Origin: Psychrobacter sp. UBA6766
GTDB taxonomy: Bacteria > Pseudomonadota > Gammaproteobacteria > Pseudomonadales > Moraxellaceae
Assembly: GCF_002453355.1 (NCBI RefSeq)
Contig: NZ_DKGQ01000020.1
Span: 2,613 to 66,612, forward strand
Length of the DNA stretch: 64,000 bases
Reading direction: 5' to 3'
The notes beneath the pieces are model-generated. The model saw nothing but the letters and a program-made list of their open reading frames with translations. It did not search any database and was not told where the DNA came from. Of the stretch, positions 1-8,900 are shown in pieces; the first letter of the stretch is position 1; every line of letters begins with the position of its first letter. A program made the position numbers and the translations under genes.

Positions 1-1
1 T

Positions 2-421
2 CGCTCTCAAAACAAGCGCTTACCAACGGTTGAGCAGTGGGAATATGTGGCGCAAGCCTCTACCAGCAATAAAAATGGCAGCTTAGAGGCTGGCTACAAT
101 CAGCGCATACTAGACTGGTATGGTAAATCTGCTGGTAGTAAAGACCAACTTGCGGATATTGGACAGACCCCAGCCAACTATTGGGGCGTCAAAGACATGC
201 ACGGCTTGATTTGGGAGTGGACAGAGAATTTTAACAATAGCTTAGTCACTGGCGAATCACGAGCTGACAGCAGCCTAAACCAGCAGATGTTTTGCGGCTC
301 GGGGGCAGCAGGGGCAGTTGACCCAAGCGATTATGCAGCCTTTATGCGTTATGGCTTTCGCTCAAGCTTAGAAGCAAAATACACGGTCAGCAGCCTTGGT
401 TTTCGCTGTGCTAGTAATTAA
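2..421 (+). CDS. FGE-sulfatase (SUMF1/EgtB/PvdO-type) domain protein, C-terminal part; 5-prime end lies outside the window
   Basis: The reading frame is open from nt 2 to the TAA at 419-421. Its translation (...LPTVEQWEYVAQAS...MHGLIWEWTENF...SSLGFRCASN) carries the C-terminal signatures of formylglycine-generating-enzyme-like domains. The GTG at 47 used by the ORF track is internal. Confidence 0.7.
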   Translation, partial: RSQNKRLPTVEQWEYVAQASTSNKNGSLEAGYNQRILDWYGKSAGSKDQLADIGQTPANYWGVKDMHGLIWEWTENFNNSLVTGESRADSSLNQQMFCGSGAAGAVDPSDYAAFMRYGFRSSLEAKYTVSSLGFRCASN

Positions 422-487
422 TTTTTCTCGATGCAGCGCCCTACTTTTTATTCTCAATTGATGTGCATAGCCTTTAAGGATTGACTT

Positions 488-1258
488 ATGAAAACAATAA
501 AAACCATTCAAAATACAACAGTGCGAAATATGACAACTCATCCATGTATTCATACTATCAAATTGACTTTGACTGTTGGGCTATGTATCGGCTTACTCGC
601 CTGTAGCAATCCTGACGCACTTAACTCAGCAGCGACGCAAGGCAATCAGGCCAATGCTACTTCTGAATCTAAAGTCGCGGCAGATGCCCATCATGATATG
701 AAGGGCATGGATCATCAACAGATGAATCATACAGATATGAATGCGCAAGAACCAGCAGAAGCGCTCGGGCAAGATTATTCTATCTATCAAGTAGGTGGTG
801 ACTGGACAGACCAAAATAGCAATACTTTCGAGCTTGATAAACTTCAAGGTAAAAATCAGGTGGTAGTCATGGCTTATACCAGCTGTCAGCATACTTGCCC
901 TGTTTTAGTGCAATCTATGAAACAGATGTATAAAGAGATGACACCAGAAGCGCGCAGCCAAACGGAGTTTTTATTGGCGACATTGGATACTGAGCGCGAT
1001 ACCGTTGATGTTATGAAAAACTTTGCTGAGCACAATGAGCTTGGTGATAATTGGCGCTTGATTCGTAGCAATGAAGCCAGTACCCGTGTGCTTGCTAACA
1101 CCTTAAATATCAAATATCAATTTGCTGATAATGGTGATATTAACCACTCTAACTTGATTTCTGTACTAGATAAAGACGGTCGCTTGGTCGCACAAGGCGT
1201 TGGTGTCGCAGACTCTGGTATTCAGCCTTTGATTGAGTATTTAAACACTCACAGCTAA
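488..1258 (+). CDS. SCO1/SenC-family copper chaperone / thiol-disulfide oxidoreductase, predicted lipoprotein with Met/His-rich segment
   Basis: The signal peptide ends in the lipobox LLAC. A Met/His cluster (HHDMKGMDHQQMNHTDMN) follows. The thioredoxin-fold CxxxC motif is in MAYTSCQHTCPVL, with a downstream conserved His (DINHSN), as in SCO1/SenC/PrrC. Confidence 0.8.
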   Translation: MKTIKTIQNTTVRNMTTHPCIHTIKLTLTVGLCIGLLACSNPDALNSAATQGNQANATSESKVAADAHHDMKGMDHQQMNHTDMNAQEPAEALGQDYSIYQVGGDWTDQNSNTFELDKLQGKNQVVVMAYTSCQHTCPVLVQSMKQMYKEMTPEARSQTEFLLATLDTERDTVDVMKNFAEHNELGDNWRLIRSNEASTRVLANTLNIKYQFADNGDINHSNLISVLDKDGRLVAQGVGVADSGIQPLIEYLNTHS

Positions 1259-1305
1259 CGCTTAAAATGTATTACGCTTAAAATGTATTACGCTTAAAAT
1301 ACATT
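1258..1305. repeat. 16-bp tandem repeat x3 (ACGCTTAAAATGTATT, third copy ACGCTTAAAATACATT) starting at the SCO stop codon
   Basis: Read directly from the sequence. Copies lie at 1258-1273, 1274-1289 and 1290-1305. The variant third copy makes AATGTATT/AATACATT self-complementary. Confidence 0.9.
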
Positions 1306-1385
1306 CCTCTCAAATAAGATAGTCAAAGCCACAGTGTTAATTTTCATTCAATTTTAAATCTCTTTTTGAGTATCACAAAGGCAAG

Positions 1386-1424
1386 AAAACACCGCTTATC
1401 TGATAACAGACAAGCGGTGTTTTT
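1386..1424. terminator. rho-independent terminator (bidirectional shape)
   Basis: A 14-bp stem ACACCGCTTATCTG / CAGACAAGCGGTGT (1 mismatch) has a 4-nt loop. It is flanked by an A-run upstream and TTTT downstream. Confidence 0.7.
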
Positions 1425-1839
1425 AATGGAATCATCGGCTATATTTTTAGCTCTATAGCAGCCGCATTACAAAAAAGTGTGGATTTTGGTGGAGCTTACC
1501 CGTTGTAGCTATCGATACAGAATGTGCCAATCGAGCATAGCCTTAAGGGCTTATAGTTTCACTCTTAAAGTCACTTTCATCTATGTAAATGATGACAAAA
1601 TCGTCAGCCATATTTTTTTTCAGGTGATTGCATATTAAAAATATAAACTATCTTTGCAAAGAGCTCGGTAAAGCCTAACGCTTTAATGTTGCAATGACTA
1701 TATTTGAGGTAAGATGATAGCCAACGATGGGTTGTTTTAGATTTGATTAAGAAGTAGATTCTTGTAGTATTTTTACCGAAAACAAAGTTTCCATAAAAAT
1801 AGGCTTATCAAAGGTTAAGGGCAAAACTAAGGACAGATT

Positions 1840-2703
1840 ATGATAACGGAAGAGCATGTTTTGGCTTGTATCGATGGCTCGGCGGTAACTGGGTCGGTAT
1901 GTGATTATGCTGCGTGGTACGCAGAGAAGCTGGACATTTCGGTGGCATTGTTACACGTCAGTGATGTGGCAGCTTCGATCAGACGCGATTTATCTGGCGC
2001 CATTGGCATTAACAGCCGACAGTTTTTACTCGATGAGTTATCTGAACTCGATGAGCAAAGGGCGAAAGTCGTGAACAGCTACAGCAATGCGCTAGTACAA
2101 GATGCAAAAAGTCATATTCAAAGCGGCTTTAAAGGTATGAATGTTTGCATTTATCAGCGCCACGGTAAGCTGCTGCCAGCAATTGAACATTTTCAAGAAA
2201 AAAATCGCGCCATCGTTATGGGACGCCGCGGTGAAGACCACAAAAACAGCCGCATCAATATCGGTAGTCAAATCGAAACGGTTGCCCGCGCCTCAAACAT
2301 ACCCGTGTTGATTTGTTCAGAGAAGTTTAAAGAGCCGCAGTCGTATATGGTGGCATTTGACGGTAGTAAAACGGCGATAAATGCCATACAGATGCTCGCA
2401 AAAAGCAACCTTTTAAAAAGTTTGCAAGGCCATCTCGTGATGGTCGGCCATGATAATGAAGCGTCTAAGACAAGCCTCGACAATGCTGCTTCGCAACTGA
2501 AGACAGCAGGGTTTAATGTCGATGCTCATCAGCTCTCGGAACTTGATGCGGTCGACGGTTTACTTAGTTTTCAACTTGAAAACGATATCGATATCATCGT
2601 AATCGGCGCTTATGGGCGCTCTAAGCTCCAGCACTTATTTCTGGGCAGTACGACTGCAGAGATTATTGCCAGTACCTTATCGCCTGTTATTTTAGTACGC
2701 TAA
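1840..2703 (+). CDS. universal stress protein, tandem UspA domains
   Basis: This 287-aa protein has two Usp-like halves. The second ends in the typical ...IIVIGAYGRSKLQHLFLGSTTAEII... ATP-binding-type motif (G-2x-G-9x-G(S/T)). Confidence 0.8.
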   Translation: MITEEHVLACIDGSAVTGSVCDYAAWYAEKLDISVALLHVSDVAASIRRDLSGAIGINSRQFLLDELSELDEQRAKVVNSYSNALVQDAKSHIQSGFKGMNVCIYQRHGKLLPAIEHFQEKNRAIVMGRRGEDHKNSRINIGSQIETVARASNIPVLICSEKFKEPQSYMVAFDGSKTAINAIQMLAKSNLLKSLQGHLVMVGHDNEASKTSLDNAASQLKTAGFNVDAHQLSELDAVDGLLSFQLENDIDIIVIGAYGRSKLQHLFLGSTTAEIIASTLSPVILVR

Positions 2704-2808
2704 ATAGTTGAAATGACAGTTTTCATATTGTAAATTTTAAATTCGCTACTTTACTTTTATTGTTTTAGTTAGAACTCTATACCTCTTTATCAGGTAACCT
2801 TTGTCCAC

Positions 2809-2844
2809 AAAAAAAGCAAGGCATTTGGTACCTTGCTTTTTTTT
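2809..2844. terminator. bidirectional rho-independent terminator between usp (+) and the adhesin gene (-)
   Basis: A7 GCAAGG-CATTTGGTA-CCTTGC T8: a GC stem flanked by an A-run and a T-run, serving convergent genes. Confidence 0.75.
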
Positions 2845-2906
2845 ACTTAACTTTAGTGATTCAATGACTATTTAGCTTAATTCCACTTAACTTTCTGGCT
2901 ATCTAA

Positions 2907-5900
2907 CTAGTCAAAGTGGAAGCCTGCGCCGATTGCACCGCCCACATTCCCTTGAGTATCCGCGGTGCCATTTAACTTCATCACCCAACGTCCATCGTTA
3001 GACATTTTAGAGAAACCAATGGCAACGGCACTTTCACCATTATAGGTTGCGATACCACCGCCTATCATTGGTTTACCGATAATGTACGCTTGAGGCAATG
3101 AAGACATGGCCATAGCGGCTGAAATACCTGCATTGGCGTCATCTTCGACTTCGCCAATTCTATAGCCTAGCTCATTAATACTGCCGCCTAAACCTCTAGT
3201 AACGGCCTCTAATTGTCCGTAGTTCACAGCATCTCTAGGCGCCATGCCATCCGCCACATTTGTCACCTTGGTACCAGCGGCATTGATACCAGCGGCAGTC
3301 ATGCTAGGTGCATTCTCGGCATTACCTGCATAGATACCAGCGGCGGTCATACTTGGGCCATTTTTAATAGTCACACCACTATTATTAACCGTCGTGTTGC
3401 CAGTCGTCACGCTGTCGACATTGATGTTGCCATTCAAGTCAAACTTGATGCTACCATCTTCCGAGGTTGTAGTGATGTTGTTCCCTCCTTTAAATTTTAA
3501 GGGGTCAGAACCTGCTTTTTTATTGATAACAGGACCGCTATCTGCGTCGAAGTTAAGTCCAGCACCCATCTCAGCTATTGCAGTTGTCTGTGTGTTGACA
3601 AGACTTACAAACTCAAATAGTTGGCTACCGTTAATAGCATCCTTACTATCAATCTCAATGTCACCTTTAGCAACATTGGTGATCTTATTTCCACCTGCAT
3701 CAATACCATTTTTGGTAACACTTGGTCCGCCTGCGATGTTTAGTCCACTACTGCTCAATGTAGCATCACCAGTTGTCACACTATCTACGGCAATGTCTTT
3801 ACTTAGATTAAAGCTAACATTGTTACTCTCTGCTGTTTTAGAAACCGTAATATTGTTATCAGTGTTATTTAAGTCGACTGTATTGCCTGGTTTCACTGTG
3901 CTGGTATTTGCTCCTTGGGCACTGACATTCCAGCCTTTGTTAGCATCCGCTGCACTTTGTTTAACTTCATTTAACTGTTCAACGTTAACCGCATCTGTAG
4001 TTGCTTCCCCTCGAGCGACATTGGTAATTTTATTACCACCGTTGTTTAGGCCACTGTTACTTAGCATGACAGTTCTGGTTTGGCCACCTTCACCGACGAA
4101 GGTAAAGCCATTCTGATTGACTAATGTATCTCCTGCTCTGAAGCCAGTAGATGAAACGTTAACGTTACTACCGAAGCTTGCACTGTTTAGTCCAGTGAGG
4201 TCTTTGGCTAATTTGACTGTTAGCGTATTAGTATCCTTGTCAGCAATAACACCAATGTTACTGTCCGTTAGTTTCGCAGAATCACTCACTCCGCCTTTGA
4301 CAGTAATCTTGTCACCAAGCTTACGCTTGACATCAGTACCACTATCACCACCGAACGAAATACCTTTATCAAAAGTACTATTTATACCACTTTGAAGACC
4401 AGATAACTGCTCTTGAGTTGCGGCTTGCCCTCCACTATAAGTTGCATTGGCATCGAAAGTCGTGTTTGATAATCCTTTAACAGTGCCTGCCATACCATCT
4501 ATCGATACAGCATTTGGACTAGTGCCACCGATTTTTATGGTGTCAGCTAGACCAAATTTTGCACCATTACCAAAAGCAGTAGTGGTTATATTGGCATCAG
4601 TCGCCACTTGAATGGCTTCACCTAACGCGTAGGTTTTTGTATTACCGTTCAGGTCGAACTTAATACCTTTGGCAATGTTTTCATTAGTCTTAAATAGCTG
4701 ACTGCCATTAACAGCATCCTTACTATTAGGGCTCAACATTCCATCAACAACGTTGATAATTTTATTGTTACCGTTGTTAAGGCCATTGTTTGACAGAACT
4801 ACTTGATCGTTATCACCATTGTATAAAGTAATACCAGCATTATTAACCTGAGTATTTCCAGTAGTCACACTGCCCGTATTCCCAAGATTGATATCCTTAG
4901 CCAATCTAACGGTTAAAGTATCTTTCCCATTGGCAGTAACACTGATATTTTTCGTTGCTGGATCAGAGTCAACAGTGTCGCCACCTTTAACCGTGAGGGT
5001 GTCACCAAGTTTACGATTGACATCTTCCCCACTGTCACCACCGAAGCTCAAGCCTTTATCAATGATAGTGTTGGCCAGATTTAACTGATCAACGTTCACA
5101 GCGTCTGTACCCATCTCACCAGCTTTAACATTCGTGATCTTATTACCGCCATTGTTAAGTCCAGTGCTGTTAAGAACGACTGTCCGAGCTAGAGTTGGGG
5201 CGACTATGGTCATACCGTCTTTGCTGATTGTGGTATTACCCATTTTCACACTATTTAGTACCATATCTTGAGCAGTCGCAACTTTGATACCACCATTTTC
5301 TTCAGTCAACAGTATGTTGTCACCTTTCATAAAGTTGGCCGTATTGTTGTCTTGGTCAATGGTTTTCACTGTCTGACCATCAATCTGAGTCACAACATTT
5401 TGTAAGGCACTATCCGCTTTCACAAGGCTGTCTTTGGCCCCTTGGCTTAAGTCAACCTTGTAGTCTGTGACGTTGTTGGCACCTTTGGCGCCAGCACTAA
5501 CACTTACCGCCGCTGACCCCCCTGAGACACTCGCACCATCTGCATTGACGGTGTAAGTATCTTGACCATTAACAGTAGACTTAGTAACGTCTTTGATATT
5601 GGTACCTTTAGCAACTATCGTTTTCAGTCCCCCAGCAATGGTTTGGACATCCCCAATGTTGGCCGCGTTAGAGTCGTTACCGACACCACTCGCCACATTC
5701 GTGATTTGTTTGCTACCGTTGTTAAGACCAGACTGTGATATGACGACTCCACCAAAGGTGGCACTGTTAAGACCGGTTAAGTTCTTATTAATGCCGAACT
5801 TGGCTCCATTACCAGCGCCTACTACGGTAATGTTGGCGTCAGTATCCACTTGGATGGGCTCACCTAAAGCATAGCTCTTCGTTGTGCCGTTTAGCTTGAA

Positions 5901-8900
5901 TGCCACGCCTTTTGCAATGGTCTCTTTGTTGGTTTGAATGTTGCCTGTATTGATGTTTACTCTATCATTGGTTGCATGAAGCTGGCTGCCATTAATCGCA
6001 TCGGTACTGCTTGCGTTTACTGCGCCACTCGCAACATTTTTGATCTGACGCTCCATCCCTTTTGAACCAACAGAGACTTGATCTCCAGCTGCTTGCGCTG
6101 CGCCAGCAACGTTGTATCTGCTTCCTCCCACTGACATGGTCAGCTCTTTGGTTGCGTTCGAGGCGGTTGTTGATCCTGCGCCAAGTGCAACAGAACCTTC
6201 TAGGCTTGCTGACGATCCGACACCAAAGGCTGAGGATGCGACACCAGCTGAGGCGGACTGTACACCAATGGCGGTAGACAATGCGCCGCTAGACAAGGCT
6301 TTGGCTCCCATGGCGATGGAGGCGGCACCACCTGATTCTGTATTTATTTTATACGGAGGTGATTCGACAAGGTCATGACCGGTATAAGCTTTAAATTTGT
6401 CGTTGACGTCACCTTTATTAATAGCAGATGCCAAACTACCATCGATATTAGTTTTTGAGGCAACATCTAAGTCATCACCACCAATGGCGATAGAAGATGC
6501 CCCTGTAGACACAGAGTTGGCTCCAATGGCGATAGACTGATGACCACTCGCGGTGGTTTTTTGTCCACCTGCGCTGCTACCAATTGAGATGGCCTGGCTG
6601 CCAGACGCCACAGCGTTGCGTCCCATGGCCATGGCGTTTTGTCCAGTGGCACCTTCGTTTAGATCATTGGTGCCATCCGTTGAGTTGACACTGTAGTACT
6701 TGGTTTTGTTGCTTGAGATGGCGGTGCCTAACTGATCAACGTTCACAGCATCTGTACCAGCACTACCCGCTTTAACCCCTTTGATCTGAGTGTTGTTGGC
6801 ATTGATGCCTGTACTTGAGATAGTGACACCACCAATGTTGGCACTGCTAAGATCGGTTAAGTCTTTGGCAAGCGCAACTTTAATACCCCCATCTTCTGCC
6901 GTTAAGACGATATTACTGCCTTTCATAAAGTTAGCCGTATTGTTGTCTTGTTTAATGGTTTTTACTGTCTGACCATCAATCTGAGTCACCACGGTTTGTA
7001 AGGCACTATCCGCTTTAGCTAAGCTGTCTTTGGAATCTTGGCTTAAGTCAACGGTGTAGTCAGTGATGTTGCTGTCTACTTCATTGCCATTAACCGTTAC
7101 CGCTGATGAACCTGCTGTTGCTGTTGTGCCTTTGGCGTTAACGGTATAGACATCTTGGCCTTTATCACCCACCGTTTTCCCAACGTCAACAATGTTGGTG
7201 CCGGCTTTTACTTCTGTTCTAGACCCGGCAGCGGCACCGGTGAGCTGACTGAGGTTCACTGCATCCGTTGGGTCAATGCCGTTGGAGACTCGTGTGATTC
7301 TCTTATTACCAGCATCTATGCCGCCACTTCTTGTGACGCTTGGACCACCGATGATATTAAGTCCATCTACAGTCAAAGTAGTACTAGGAATACCTAATGG
7401 ACCATTGACAAACACACCTAGACCATTAACATCGGTATTGGCCAGTAAGCTACCAGTTCTCATTCCTGAATCGTCAATGGTCGTTACAGATCCTAAGCCC
7501 CAGGGACTTCTTGTACCCATTTTCACGCTGCCACTAGCGCCTAAGTCAATATTTTTAGCAAGCTTGACCGTTAAGCTGTTGTTTGTGCTATCAGCAACCA
7601 CACCGATATTTTTATCTGATAAAGCTGTAGTTGCACCACCTTTCACCGTGAGCTTGTCACCAAGCTTACGGTTGACGGTTGTCACACTATTGTCACCTGT
7701 AAAATTGAGCCCCAGATCAATATCACTGCTGTTTTTATTAACGGCGCTGTTAGTAGCATATAATTGACTACCATTGATTGCATCCGTACTTGTATCGCTA
7801 ATGCGTCCAGCAGCTACATTCGTAATTGTACGTTCGTTACCTACGGAACCTACACTTACCGTGCCTTTTGGAACAGCACCAGCAAAGTTATATGTTCGAT
7901 TAACTAATACAACGTTAGAAGTCCCAACAGCTGTGGCTGTTTCAGAGAAAGAACCTAAGGCAACTGAATCGGTATCATTGGCTTTAGCAAAACGACCTAA
8001 TGCCGTACTATCTTTACCATTAGCTTTTGCATTAGTACCAACAACTGTTGCACCTTGGCCTGCAAAGCTTTGAGTGCCTAATGCTACGGTTCCACTATTT
8101 AAAGCATTGGCATCCATACCTAAAGCAATACTGTTACGACCTGCTTGTGCTCTATTACCTACTGCAGTTGCGTCGATACCTTTAGCATAAGCATTACTAC
8201 CAAGAGCCGTCGCACCGTCCATTGCAGCTTGAGCTCTTTTACCCATAGCAACAGCGCGATCACCAGCTGCTTGAGCATCAACCCCAACTGCTATCGCGTC
8301 TACGCCGATTGCACCGTCATTATTATAGTTGCCACGGGTTGAGTCTGTGCTATTGACATTATAAAAACGTGTTTTATTAGCTTCGACTGTATCATCCGTA
8401 TACGCTACGACGCTCTTAAGTTGACTCACGTTAACGGCATCGGTATCGGTCGCACCTGCCGCCACGTTAGTGATGCGGCGCTCGTTACTAACAGCGCCTA
8501 CTGATAATTCGCTGCTAGCTGTTGGCGCAACGACCCCAATTGGATTACCATTTTTATCTAAAGGCTGGTATGCAAATACGCCAAGAGTTAAGCCGTCAGC
8601 CAAAGAGCCTGAGCCTAAAGCAACCGAGCCTTCGTGAGTAGCAGTAGCTCCTTCTCCTAACGCGATGCTTTTAGCAGTTGAAGCTTTTGCTTCTGTACCT
8701 AAAGCCATACTATTATTAGCAGAGGCTGATGCTTGAAATCCTAATGCCGTACTATTCCTACCAAATGTATTAGCTGCTCTGCCTAAAGCTATATTATTAG
8801 CTCCTTCTGCTTTTGCTTCTCGGCCCATAGCCATGCTGTTTTCAGCAGAGGCAGAAGCTTCCCATCCTAAAGCGGTACTGTTAACCCCAGTAGCTTTAGA

